Shown here: positions 47,301 through 57,647 of the stretch, piece by piece | Layout of the letters: every line of letters begins with the position of its first letter | Position numbering within the stretch: the stretch's first letter is position 1 | Made by a program: the position numbers and the translations under genes | DNA from: Laetmonice hystrix | Lineage: Eukaryota | NCBI GenBank assembly: GCA_965235115.1 | Contig: OZ249445.1 | Coordinates: 8,494,001 to 8,558,000 of the forward strand | Direction: 5' to 3' | Length of the DNA: 64,000 bases | The notes under the pieces: generated by a model | The model's database searches: none | Told to the model about the DNA's origin: nothing | What the model saw: the letters and a program-made list of their open reading frames with translations, nothing else

Positions 47301-50300
47301 ATCTTTAAGAGGCAAGTCTTCATCTTCTTCGACTACACCAGTAACACGACCTTCTACAGAGGACAAGGAACCTTCAGCAGCCTTAGTGCTATACATACAC
47401 TTCTGGGCCTCCCTACTCTTTGTGCATGTCTCCTCCATTTGACCATCTTCATTCTGAGACCACTTGATGGTCTCCACACCCTTCTTGATATGATTAACTG
47501 TTTTAGGTGAACCCTCACCAGCAATATGGAATTCAGTGATGGAACTCTCGGATACACACTTTGTCTCTGTTGCTTTACATTTACCAATAATACTGTCCCA
47601 CAGACATTTATTGCTGCGTCTACCCTTTTTCGGTACTAGAGCTTTCTCACTTTTAGGGGAGAGCCACAGTGGTGACGTCCCCGAACCTTGCAGAGAGGAC
47701 CTGTCCGTTGTTGAGGAATTGTCTGTATCAGAGGTTGCATCACTGGAGGTGATGCTACTTCGCCTGTTGCTATGGTTACCCAGCCTGTCTTCAGGAGCGT
47801 ATTTCCATGTGCGTTGTGGGGTGTTGGACCTGTCCTCGTCATCACTGAGTTCTTGGGGTGCTAAAAGGACTTCCCCAACCACCTTCCCATGGTTCATAAG
47901 ACGGCTGGACTCCAAACCTTCCTGCTTTACACCACTTAGACCATTACCGCTGTCCACTGCCAATCCTGTTTTTAGTTTATGAAAGTACTTATTAACATTA
48001 TCAATTCCAGGCCTGTTTTCACAATTGTTTCCCCGGTCAGAGTTTAATTGGCTGGACATTTTATTTTCCAACCTGGTAGGATTTTCAAACTCGCCCGTGA
48101 GTTCATTCAGAACAGGTCCACCCTCTTGTCTCTCCGCCTTCTCCTCCTTCACGGCAGAGACCTCCTGCCCTACTGTGCTACACCTCCGTTCCTCAAGTCC
48201 TGACGAATGCTGCTTTTTGTGAGGGAGCCTAGAATAAGGACTATCCTCGAGTCCACGTAAAGAACCCGGAGGCTCCAAACCCATGGCACTGTTAACTGCC
48301 ATCTTTTTATGTTGAACACTGTGACAACGTTTATTGGAAGAAAGAGAGGAATCAGGGTGCATATTCATTTCTTGGTAGGCATATGTCGCATAGGAACCAT
48401 TGGGGACAGTTTTATGCACTGTGTGTTCTTTACTTTGCATAACCGAGCCATCATCATCGACAAACTGACCGCCTTTCTTCCACTCAGCAACCACATTTGC
48501 AGGCAGCTTTTTAAGGACAACTTTCGGTTGAATCAACTGCTCACTGTACTTGTGCGCCTTTTGCAACCCTTCATCATTGGCTGTGCTCTCGTGGTTGCCT
48601 GCCTCGGTCATGGCACTCAGAGGTTGCTGCTTTTGGTCTTTTCTTGACACATAAGGTTCCAAGGCTGCGGCACTGTCTGCTGGAGTCTTCTCAACACCAC
48701 TAGGGATTGGTCCTGGCAAGCTGGCACTGAATGGCACAGCAGATGTCAAAAGAGCTGCCAGTTGGCTGTGACGTCGTTTTTTGGGGCCCAACATAGACTG
48801 GTCTGTTGCACTCGTTCTAGAACCATCCTCTGGCTGCGGCAGTGACTGATTTCCACTCTTAATCATAGCTTTGGCGCAAGACTCCTCGGTCTGGCAGTTG
48901 TCAACCAATGGAAACTTTTTCCAGGGACAGTTGTCATCAGCTGCAAGTGACGACTTCCTGATGTCACTCAGATGAGACATGGAAGAGGACCCATCCTGTG
49001 TTTTTCCTTCTCCTCTGTCCTGGTGTCCTCCACTGGGCAACAAGCTCTCCTGGGACATTTCGTTAGCTCCTTGCTCTCCCACAAGAAGCTGGCCACCTGA
49101 TGGACTACCTGATAACCGTACATCCACTTTCCGAGGTCGACCAACCTTTCGCTTGCACCTGCCAGCCTCCTTTCCCTCCTCCTGAGATTCACCTGATTTG
49201 GAAGACTTTTTTCCATGCTTTGGCGGCCTACTTCGGTTGATGGTTGATCCGTCTGCTGCTTGAATCTTTGGCTTCCTTCCTCGCCTCGCAGTGACCTTCT
49301 TTTCTCCAAGTACAGGCTCCTTTGGTTTTTGAACGTCAGACGGGGGCTTTGATGAGCTGCTGGTCTCTTCACTGTCACTGGCTAATGGATCGGGGAGTTC
49401 ATCTTTGTTGGCAGATCGCAGGGAATATGTGCGCGTGGGATACATATAGCGACGAGGAATCTTTTTGCGTGCCCGAATATTTGCTTTGTCATTGAGCTGT
49501 ATTTTCCGAGGCAAATTATATTCTGGTGAGTGTGCTGGACTACGACAAAAGCGGCTATAGTATGGCAGGTCACGTGTATATCGGCTACTAAATATATTAG
49601 TCGGTTTAGTCCTTTGTAATAGACGTGCTTTTTTTGTATGTCTTTCAGGACTAGTAGGGTCCTCATATGCTCTACGAAACGGAAGTTCAACATGTCGTGG
49701 ACGTTGGTAAAAGCTTGGAGCTTTGCCTAAAATCCTTTCCTTTTTTGTCATAGGCCATATTCTAGCATATTCTAATGTTCGCATTGGGCTGCCTATTGTT
49801 CGATGTGGTGTGCTGATCAACATAGGCACATCTGTAGAGTTAACTGACACTGGGTCAGTTGAGGTCAGGCTGGAACTAACACTTGAATCGGGAGGTTTCT
49901 CCACACTACACACTGGGCCATCCTGACCACTCATACCTGAACTGATGCCTGATACAGGTATGTGTGAAACTGTGTCCATCTCCAGACTACTGGAGGAACT
50001 ATCATTCTGACTTTGCACATTGGCAGTGGATAATGTTAATGATGCTGAGGATGTGGAAGATGTCATTCTACTCCCGCTGCTGCTGCTGTTGGAGTCCTGA
50101 GGCAGGAAGGAGTCACTATGCGAGTGGAGTATGGAACCCCCAGATGGCACTGTCACACATGTACTGGGGCCGTTGAGGTTAGAGAAACTGGTGATGGCTT
50201 CGTGACTGAGACTAAGCTCTGCTGCAGAGCTTGAGGCCACTGACGTCATCATGCCCGTGCTATGGCTCTTAGCTGTCTCACAAGGCTCGGAAATATGCTC

Positions 50301-51677
50301 CAGAACACTTGGAAGTCGGTCTCGAATAGTTTTATCGCGAGGATCACTCTTTTTCTCTTGTTCCCGCTCTCTCTCATGGTTATGATCACGGTCGGTGTCA
50401 TGGTCACGATTTCTTTCACGATCGTGTTCACGTTTGTGTTCACGATACCTGTCATGATCATGAAGTCTTTCATGGTGTTCCCATTTATGACTATGGTCAG
50501 AACCACGGTTTGCCTCATGATTATGTTCATGCTCCTTATTTTGGTCATGACTGTGATTTCGCTGGTCATGCTCATGATTTCTGCTGCGATCACGTTCAAG
50601 TTTATGATCTTTTTCACGTTCTCGATCACGGTCACGCTCCCTGCCATGGTCGTGAATACGTTCTCTTTCACGGTCCCGATCATGACCATCACGTGTTGAA
50701 GTGAACAAATATGGTTTGGATGTGGCTGGAAGTCTTTCTCGAGAGACTGACTCCTTGTAGCTGGAGGATGATGTACTTGTATGGCATGGAGGTGTTCGCA
50801 CTGGAGGGGAGCGCTGCACTGCTCTTTCGGTTGGGGTTCGCGCTCTACGTTCTGCTCTCTCTTCCTCTTCTTTTGAATCACTGTAGGATCGTCGAGCAGC
50901 ATTTCGCTCCTTTTTCTCCTCCTCTCTGCGGCTCTCCTCCAGTCGAAGTGCTTCCTGTCGGAGGCCATGCAGATGAGCAGCGAATGCTGGAAAATGTAGG
51001 TGGGGGTAGTAGGCCATTTCTGTCGGGAACCCTCGCTCGTCCCCAGGCTTCATGTGACGCATGGACATTTCTCGTAGGCTCGCCATGTTGAGGTTGTCAA
51101 GATTTGGGGGCCGCCAGAAACCACCAGGATAGTGTGCAAAGAATTCTGGCCTCATTTGTGCCAAATGGGCGTTGTGTGGATGTGCAGCTGCTGCTGCAGC
51201 TGCAGCAGCTGCTGCAGCTGCCAAGTTCTCCCGCCCTTGCATTTCCAGGGCAGCGGCACGCTCCTTGGCTACGAGCTCAACAATGTTGGTCGGTCCCGGT
51301 GGGAGAAGTCCCGGGATTGGTGGCGGGCGTGCCATGTCGTGGGTGGGAAAGATACTGTTGGCGCGCGACATGCACACGGCCTGAACAAAGTCGTGCTTGC
51401 TCTGGTCCACCCAAGGTTGGGAGACTGACGTCTTGCTCCGTAGATCCAAAACAGATGCTAAAGATGCTGATGTGGCAATATCTGCCCTTGGTACAGGTAC
51501 AATAACACTGGATGACAAGTGATTTGAGTTGCAGTCGGCCGAAGAGGAATCCTTCGCCTCACCATTTCTTTCACTACTGCCCATTTCTCGCCGATCTCGC
51601 TCTCTTTCTCTCTCACGGTCTCGTTCTCGCGCATCCCTCTTCTTGTCGCCACCATTGCCACTTCCTGGCTCCGACAT
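41388..51677 (-). CDS. Uncharacterised 3429-aa low-complexity nuclear-type protein (AT-hooks, RG repeats, C-terminal C2HC-like finger), encoded by one exon
   Basis: 10,290-nt uninterrupted ORF. An in-frame TGA lies shortly upstream of the ATG and a TTTTGCAG acceptor at about 51815 bounds the exon. It has RE/RD runs, poly-Ala, His-rich and acidic tracts, RRGRKP/GRPRK/RRGRPP motifs, and ends YTCACGEVFTDNWTYNQHEAFC. Confidence 0.88.
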   Translation of the reverse strand: MSEPGSGNGGDKKRDARERDRERERERDRREMGSSERNGEAKDSSSADCNSNHLSSSVIVPVPRADIATSASLASVLDLRSKTSVSQPWVDQSKHDFVQAVCMSRANSIFPTHDMARPPPIPGLLPPGPTNIVELVAKERAAALEMQGRENLAAAAAAAAAAAAAHPHNAHLAQMRPEFFAHYPGGFWRPPNLDNLNMASLREMSMRHMKPGDERGFPTEMAYYPHLHFPAFAAHLHGLRQEALRLEESRREEEKKERNAARRSYSDSKEEEERAERRARTPTERAVQRSPPVRTPPCHTSTSSSSYKESVSRERLPATSKPYLFTSTRDGHDRDRERERIHDHGRERDRDREREKDHKLERDRSRNHEHDQRNHSHDQNKEHEHNHEANRGSDHSHKWEHHERLHDHDRYREHKREHDRERNRDHDTDRDHNHEREREQEKKSDPRDKTIRDRLPSVLEHISEPCETAKSHSTGMMTSVASSSAAELSLSHEAITSFSNLNGPSTCVTVPSGGSILHSHSDSFLPQDSNSSSSGSRMTSSTSSASLTLSTANVQSQNDSSSSSLEMDTVSHIPVSGISSGMSGQDGPVCSVEKPPDSSVSSSLTSTDPVSVNSTDVPMLISTPHRTIGSPMRTLEYARIWPMTKKERILGKAPSFYQRPRHVELPFRRAYEDPTSPERHTKKARLLQRTKPTNIFSSRYTRDLPYYSRFCRSPAHSPEYNLPRKIQLNDKANIRARKKIPRRYMYPTRTYSLRSANKDELPDPLASDSEETSSSSKPPSDVQKPKEPVLGEKKVTARRGRKPKIQAADGSTINRSRPPKHGKKSSKSGESQEEGKEAGRCKRKVGRPRKVDVRLSGSPSGGQLLVGEQGANEMSQESLLPSGGHQDRGEGKTQDGSSSMSHLSDIRKSSLAADDNCPWKKFPLVDNCQTEESCAKAMIKSGNQSLPQPEDGSRTSATDQSMLGPKKRRHSQLAALLTSAVPFSASLPGPIPSGVEKTPADSAAALEPYVSRKDQKQQPLSAMTEAGNHESTANDEGLQKAHKYSEQLIQPKVVLKKLPANVVAEWKKGGQFVDDDGSVMQSKEHTVHKTVPNGSYATYAYQEMNMHPDSSLSSNKRCHSVQHKKMAVNSAMGLEPPGSLRGLEDSPYSRLPHKKQHSSGLEERRCSTVGQEVSAVKEEKAERQEGGPVLNELTGEFENPTRLENKMSSQLNSDRGNNCENRPGIDNVNKYFHKLKTGLAVDSGNGLSGVKQEGLESSRLMNHGKVVGEVLLAPQELSDDEDRSNTPQRTWKYAPEDRLGNHSNRRSSITSSDATSDTDNSSTTDRSSLQGSGTSPLWLSPKSEKALVPKKGRRSNKCLWDSIIGKCKATETKCVSESSITEFHIAGEGSPKTVNHIKKGVETIKWSQNEDGQMEETCTKSREAQKCMYSTKAAEGSLSSVEGRVTGVVEEDEDLPLKDLRDMLRQTGDDTLTPHQGGSAPRVQGKFAQPSCESRPALGSSGGEVSCTPVDQGASSESEGFQSRQAGQKGTSLSQKDELLKATSNEMVGKSQCDQSVFCKEGAMNSLNESKSSERSIFLTPKKRALTDETGALVPRRGTEIVPVSEPGGRVTIVKTQRIVINRVKRTGGMSPHPGLSPCHPGLSPRHPGMSPRHPGLFTHPSASPKHSALPPIPLPPPFTDSEVKRESKAEDRKDTVKPEMPPPEGPIYSRHLDLHSHIPASQPEDKSDLRPSADGKAEDSEELAMQNCSQSRKKHQGKERKHRESKKSHKDRHKYRDRCKDNERPSDSAEVSNEYGGENSDLYSEHKHSSVKEQHAGEKVDTGFMSEVSRVESISQVSSQLQNVETDDTTPAKINLKSAPLEEPRIPDLIARTDSSPWQDSDCGPLVIDEGIPDLDDHSDDHGGHPQFEVKPSRGRGRSRRARGRGRARGKGRGHSRASIDSLGSTGDDASSVDVCSTEGEMTSPIRRRRSSRKSVSDELTGRYNEKSESYGSSAPQLKDDHQKSRDSVHDLPPVQPGVIVREHTGSSDDDNDYAEDSFEATNADLSRSTDSSAFISDVSGVRDHSDGEEVMSPNSGQRSRKNSEPTVLLERLSDSQVQALMQSNVPGSKRRGRPPKKRPVPEDIETSPLQDEPASKVRVMPKRQVAKPERLGYKYRGGTKPRKGDEESPDEDFEDSENEEHGFSHRWTPHAAYQPNAVALPDWSESYEQTTYETVTVETRTYVRVERATGADPLKLKLKIGKTVEEKVVERSGIESDAYEHSEQRTYHRKHVYHHHGNTPRQPAIEDLKEDEDDDDDGTFSPPNYPYSLEKERALYAYRNQARCVRNRPPQLRDTVKEVSYNDSTDEEEPDDTSYTPHGAHTQVISKTYKTTSTRIRRSSSGHRGDSESEEVVTTHKRKSSHVHLDDEKEEPSTKKPTLKLNLVKGLGGWKSSGADNTEPKTRNADEEFTEALVPLPRRGRGRGRGRGRGRTGQESVHIEDISSNDDDREFSTTQIERTITTKHETHSSTTTTSVHTTKTMTTTTSNKGLDEHIYDFHSDDEDGKDVFSAPGRLFQKRPLGRLALTDGTTPVEGEMFSPAGSSHGAQSSQEEEKSDVPGPPKEPLRRPRAAHQNIKTYNEDSDNESAPAPAKFVPGPLYGSAVGRGTGRGRGRGRGRGRGRGRGRGRPRGMGRFSLPGLSGTLPHMPPGAWPMHHVPSTPHHTPHHGHSTSPRGSTSTTSPWGGLTSPRSSHPSTSDREDATPYPTIHPTVGRKGPKPMSRGKDIHITAQCMGTTHDNHGYDEDDEDDDDDETRISDEDYLAVKGGDGRTGKHISKQSQNDFRRMSNDSVQSESEDEDVDDDVEHSSDEEGAKDSSGLDGDGRILNGESRSDEMPSIETDKTDETASTSDQSKELCSNEHEPKKPLSQRFINDPIRLPELPCEEDCQCCQHDSLPDLLRRFQQQFDPTNPLSNTSDQFFMGQSDFLDRTNGSSMHDPGSNKSQAHIDIVDSLTSAGNSGEQHGNGAFSIFDGSVESSPIDVNSFLSVISDQSAVGTPSEIMSPATIGPGNGEDHQPSPLQPVLGPASQQSSAANGLVGMNINAPENTNILPTPSMLGLQSIGMNVSTVHSGLPDLSALESIINSVQAGATEDAMMSQPPHLGPPMVHGEHTIQPGSSPMSPPTLTMPQCNSTSSSYQTTRTESPLFNISDLEAITSSEGIPVVKPDLITAGPSAIQETPTPNKKKSRSRKKKDKNANPAVPNVESTTLSDGTDNRMDCLLTASAIEFDPTKMPAFDVDEVNSLLNSRTPFDGHELLPSNTEEINRGNPTLGSGGGGIPRNLAESPRARAPGSLQHSAGGWKSMRTPSRDPQISSALWESMQAMEEKRMMQHKSPRGPRTPGSSGDESGHGNNAWMSSSMGLYTCACGEVFTDNWTYNQHEAFCLGAL

Positions 51678-52392
51678 TCCGCGAGCACGCTGACCTTGAT
51701 GCTGGGATCAGCCGAAGCCGCGGCGCGTTGATGTCAACATGGATGTGGAACAAGAGGGTTGGTCATGGTAGACAAAGTCAGGCCGGCTGGGCTGAGCACT
51801 ACATGATGGCTCGTTCTGCAAAACATAACATAAGGTAACATGAGAACTAACTCGTCTTGCTTTAATTTTATTCTTTTGTGTGTTTTGGGGGGAGGGAAGT
51901 GTAATAGAAATAACAGTGTAACAGTGTAACAGTGCTGGATCTTAAGTTTTTTACTAACAAGCCAGTCCGGCTTGTACCTTAAAAAAGTTACTAGCTCGAC
52001 ATAGTCCGAAAACCAAATGGGAAAGTAACAAAAAACTATAATGTAAACAAGAAGAAACATGTGGAAAGGATGTTTTTCAATAATAAATAATTGATCACAG
52101 CTTGAATCTTGAGTAACCAGTAACTTTACAAAAATAGATGCAATTTTGGTCCGAATTTTCTACAAGCCACCAGGGCATATGATTTTGGCATTTTAAGGTG
52201 CCCGGAATGAAACTTAGGAGCCAATGGCGTCCAGGCATGTGTTCAGTTCCCGCACTAATGTAATTGATAATCAATATAATCAATATAATAATACACTATC
52301 CACCCCGGCACCATTTATAAACACATATTTTTTTAATATACTGGCACATGTAATGCAGCTGTACAGTTTATAAACACCCTGTTTCAGACTTA

Positions 52393-52470
52393 CCTATAAT
52401 CTGCCTTCTTTAAACAATGCCGTGCTGTATATAATCCATGTTTGTAGTACGTCCAATTTTCCTGCAGTTA
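52393..52470 (-). other. Probable small 5' UTR exon of the giant-exon gene
   Basis: Pyrimidine tract + TTTGCAG acceptor and a strong TAG|GTAAGT donor on the gene's strand. The left splice coordinate is firmer than the right. Confidence 0.4.
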
Positions 52471-53329
52471 CTGCAAATAGATCCAGAAAAAAACAATTAC
52501 TTTTGAGAATCACAGGAATTATATGGTTCAGCAAAAACAGTCTTGATTAGTTAGCTTATCAAAATGGGTAATAAGGAATAGGGGATCAATCAAATTTTCA
52601 CAGTTCCTGATGAGTTCCTCTTTACATCTTCCTGATAATAATTAATAAATTACACTAGAATTAAGTTCAGCGTTGGAAGATTATGATGTTTGATGGAAGA
52701 ACAAATTAGCAGGCAGTTGTGTGATGGGAGCAACCAAACTTCATGTGTCGCATATTGTTCCCATTAACTTACAGCAACAGATAAAAAACCGGACCAGTTA
52801 GTTGAAGGTTGACAGGTAACAGTCCTGAACTAGCGGCAAAAAGTTATCTTTAAACCGTCGTACTATGCAAGGTGGACTGGGGCACATATTATTCTGCTGA
52901 ACATTGGCTTCCAAGTTATGAAGGAGCTTATCCTACTAAAGAAAACTTCTGATGGTTCGATTTCTTGTATCCATGCATAATTTCAAGGATGAAACAATAG
53001 ATCTTTATTCCAGCCAAGAATCTTCCATACTGGTAACTTATATACCATTGCTAACAAGAGGGAATTCATATGGTCTGTATGCATTAAAATGCATGTATGC
53101 TTCCCATGATTTTAAACCATCCAAAACAGAATACAACATTGACAACATAATACAATAGAATATTCGATAGTAATTACAATGACCCTTGTCAGGAACACCA
53201 TCAAAGGTAAGTCAGATGGTCCCGCTATCTTGATATCATAATTCATAATTTCTGTCTTACTTATATTTAATTATCAGGATAAGGTTAAAACTATAAGGTC
53301 CAGCTAGTTTGAACCAGTTTTCACATCTA

Positions 53330-53344
53330 GCACCAGATGGCAGT
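53330..53344 (+). promoter_or_regulatory. CTCF-like motif
   Basis: GCACCAGATGGCAGT. Confidence 0.35.
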
Positions 53345-56300
53345 AGCAGTGTACACGGAGGCCCGGCGTGCAGGGCTGTGAGACCTGCGTTGGTGATAGT
53401 GCAGTTTCAGCAGCTGTGGCACACAACGCCTGTGAGCCACCATCTTTGTCCTCCATACTGATGGGAATGCTTCATCTGTCATGATTCTCCGAGGGATGGA
53501 GGATGGGGTTGGGATGTCTGGGTAGGGGTGATTTGAGTAGCTACTCCGGCCACCTCTCCTGGAGGTAGTGCCCCTTTTTTATAAATGTATTACTATTAGA
53601 GTCCCCAGCCAGGGCAGGTAGCCAGCCGTGGGTACTGCATTAAAAATGTCAGGGCACACTCAGTGGGAAGGCAGGAGACTGCCATCTTAATTGACCATGC
53701 TGCCACTGGGCACCACAACACTCCGCCGCTCGCTCAGCTGGCTGTCTCTCCGCTGTTACAGGAAGCGTGCCGCTCCACATCACGACACAATCGGGTCAGC
53801 CTGACCTATATAGACAAACCATGCCTCCTGCGTCACAGCCAACTCTCAGTGTACTGGGGTCGGGGTTGGGTCCGGTGCAGCGAGGGTCGATGCTATCTGC
53901 TCCGGGCGTCTGCCGCCCTCTCGGCAGCACCCACTAACTACGCGGGTGTAGAGAGAGCGGGTGGCAGCGTCGCTACCACCAACCAACCCACCGGTGTTGT
54001 CATACTCCGGGGGTATCGACACCCCCCGGTTAATGCCGGCCACTCGCGTAGGCCTGGCGTAGTAAGGCTGCATTCCATCCGGCATGGCTGCATCAGGATG
54101 GCTGAGCATAGTTGTACGTTGGTTGTACTTAGCAATAAAATGTCGGCGCAGCACTCCTTGTAGATTCCTGCTGCAGCAGAACTCCCCCACCCCCACCCCA
54201 TCCCTCCCCACTACCCCAGGGTATGTGAATTTCCATCTGCATCAGTGCAGGCTGCTATTGTGCAGCGCTTCTCTGGAGGAATCGTAGATCCGTGTGAACC
54301 CATGAGCCGAGCGTGCTGCACTTTGTAGCACTGATTCCTCAGTGAGATCACAGGTTGAAATCCTCGGAATTAAAAATTAAAACCGACGTGTTTTTAACAG
54401 ACCAACCGTCTGACTAGGATCCAGACGTGGCTAGATTTTCCAAGTCACTCCCACCACTGACCCAGTGGGGTTCTTCACCTCAGTGCCCACCTCCCACCTC
54501 CCAGGCAGCCAGCATTTATCCCATGTTTACAGCCGCCAACGGCATGGCTCTCCCAACCAATTCTGAAATCAAATAACAGATCACCCTTCTAGGAGGATTA
54601 AGTATTTAAATAGTAAATCAATGTTACTATAACTTCTCCTTAAATTAGTATAAATAAGTATACATCTCTTCTTTTTTTAATCCCTCATTTCACGTTGCAT
54701 TTACTGCTACAGGAGAGAGAACTTGTTAGGGCCTTGGCCCTGAGAAGAACTTTGTAGGAACACCTTTTTCTGCCTGTACTTGTACATACATCCTGTTAAT
54801 TATTGCTGGTCTGTGGGTTTTCATAGAATCAGCATATAACAGGGAAGACACAGCCACCAAGTGAGCACTAGCTCTAGCAGAATGAAAGTTGGGGGGAAAA
54901 GAATACTTTCCCAGAATCAGGGGGATAGCCCCCCCCCCCCCCCGGCCTTGTGGGCGAGGTGCGACCTACAGTTATAACACTAGGAACGTGGTATAAAACC
55001 GGAAGGGATGATCACCAGTAAGGGATGGTTTTAACAGGTGTGCATCAGTATCCACAGTCTGATGCTCACAGCTGACTTCCTGGTAGTTTCCGTGACACAC
55101 TTCACCAAACTTCCCACTTATCTGTGTTATCCCACGGACAGTAAATCTGATGAAAACTGTTGGGGAAGATAAGGTCAGTCACCGGTCTCGTAAATTCTGA
55201 GTAAGCTCCAGGGTTACAGCTCAATGATTTAACGTTACACCACCATAATGGGCATCCAATCGTGTGATCTACTCACATCACACCACTCTCAGCTAACCCT
55301 GCCTCGAACTTTTTCATTTTTTTTTGTTTGGGGGGGGGGGGCGGCGAGAGGGGGGTTGACACCCGATAAACATCCGGCTAGGTCTTCCGGCTATGCCCTA
55401 CCTTCAGTTTAGTTTCAGTCTGATCACTTGGGGAATTTACCGATTGCATGTAAAAACTTCTTAAGCCATGTGAAATGCTGATCTTTCATTAAGGTACTTC
55501 AAAAATATCTCATCGGGGGGGGGGGGGAGAGAGAGGGCACGTGCCCCCCCCCCTTCAGTTGGCCGAACATGTATAGTTTTTTTTTCAATTAAAAATAATG
55601 TGATCTTGTTACATTATTTGGCTGCTTGAATAAATCATGTTCAGGACGTTAGTTCAAAAAACGTTGTTGTTAATATTTCAAGTAAGAATTTCGAGATTAG
55701 TTTTAACGAATGTCGACTCTTAAAAAGTCTGTGCCCCCCCTCCTTTAAAAAATCCTGACATACATGTACTGGTTTCTTAATAGAAAATTCGTAATACTGA
55801 TTTCTTAATAGAAAATTCGTGGCTGGGAACTTTAAAATAAATGTACTTTCCCAGCTTCCTAGTTTTAACATGCATTTGTGATCATGAGCATCATTTCCCG
55901 TCATTTCCATCACCATGCAATGCTGTAACATTTTCCTTTGAAATCCCTGGTATTTAACCAAGCTCAATTCCTAGAAAGCGTTAACCCATTACTCCTGCTA
56001 ATACTATTACCATTACCTTTATACGGCCATCTCTCTAACTGAGCGGCCTGCCTTCAACTCCCAGTTTCAGTCCATATCGGGGTCGTACTGATCATCGATA
56101 CACGGAAAGAGTCTAGGTATTTTCTTAGACAGATCCACACACCATGATATGCCGGTACATTTTTAAAGATCCAGAGCAGTTCCACGTAGGAGGTGGAACC
56201 GAATTACAGTACTGTAGTTTGATAAATTAACCTCTGAGGGGTTTCAGAGTTATGAGATTGCTTCAAAAATCTGATTTCATTGTGAGATTATAAATGACAT

Positions 56301-57647
56301 GTATGCAAAACCTGGTGCTACCTCATGAAAAAAGGAGTTCACTAAATTATACATGTACAGCAAAAACCTCCAGACCTGTGCTATAGATCTGTACATGTGA
56401 ACACATTTTTCAGGTCACAAATTCAATTTATGACACTGGTCTCTAAATATTTCCTCTTTTTCATGAATAACTCGTAAACGTGGATCTATTATCATACAAT
56501 GCCTAATTCCGTTTTTTTCCATGTCCTCCATGCCCAATCTTCGGTGAAGGCGGGTCAGAATTTTTGGGTCGAGTTGCAATCGATCTCTCCTGCCACCTGC
56601 CACCAAGCCCATATCGCAGTCTATAAGTGCATGGCTGGGGGTGCCCCTCAGTCAGATCTATTATACATGTGCGACATGTCATGGGGATTATTTTCTTTTA
56701 AAGCACAAAAATACGCCGTCCACCATGTCCCTTTTTAAATAAAAGACAATCCAATATTATACGCAGGCCATGTTCTGTCGTGGCAATGCTAGAGATTGTT
56801 CACAGTCAAAGTTCTCGGATTGTCTCCTGAAATGTCACTGAACCTGCCCGGTGTTGTATTTGTTATAATTTACAAAACACAATGCCTAAACCAGATTGAG
56901 TGGCGATTTGCCGATGGCGATTTGGTGAAAATCTAACAGGAGTACAGTGCCTCAGGTGAGCCAGACTGATGAACCAAGTCCAGCCCTGAGGCAGGTGCTG
57001 TCAGCACAGTAGCAGCTGCCTAGCCCAATCATTATAATAAAAACACTTGACTTCATTAGCACTGACCAGCCGCTCCGGTGGGCAGAGTCTACTTCAGGTT
57101 CAGTTAACTGTGGAGGTGCATAATAAATTATCTGTCACTAGTTTTTTTAACTGTTATTCTTATAACCAGATGAGGCATGCATTCAGAACATGGAAGCATG
57201 TACTTAGCTGTTAATATATTGATCTCCTGGCTATGGTTGTACTAAATTCGTGCACGACCATCTGCAACTTATAGGTGAATCAATTTGTTCAGCTAAGTTG
57301 ATTACAGGACTTCATTTACCTAAGCTGTAATATTTCAGGCACTAAACATTCTAGTTCTAAGAATAACAGGGATTGCAATTTGAATACAAAAATGGATGAC
57401 GAGAAATACAGGTTACTACTGGCCTTTTTTCCAGTCTTCACATGGATGTGTCCCTGTAGCGGTTTGATTATAATCTGATTAGCACTACCTGGGCCTGCAG
57501 TCAGTCGGCATCACTTTGATATATGGTCGGCGCCGCACGTACCACAGGACACACAAACCTCCACTTCCACAAGGAGTGACCCCCCTCCCCCTAACTTAGA
57601 ACTAACCGTTGACAATGACAGAAGCTGGTCTATACAGCAAGGCTTAC

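Noticed and set aside
41388-51677. Naming the giant protein GSE1, RERE/atrophin, AUTS2 or TNRC18/BAHCC1
   Set aside because: The similarity is only compositional. No BAH, ELM2/SANT, Tudor or family-specific coiled-coil motif is visible.
41638-51838. Many overlapping ORFs, e.g. the Met/Ile/Thr-rich hydrophobic ORF 50262-50699
   Set aside because: Shadows of the low-complexity 3429-aa ORF; the hydrophobic look is the antisense of the RDHE-rich block.
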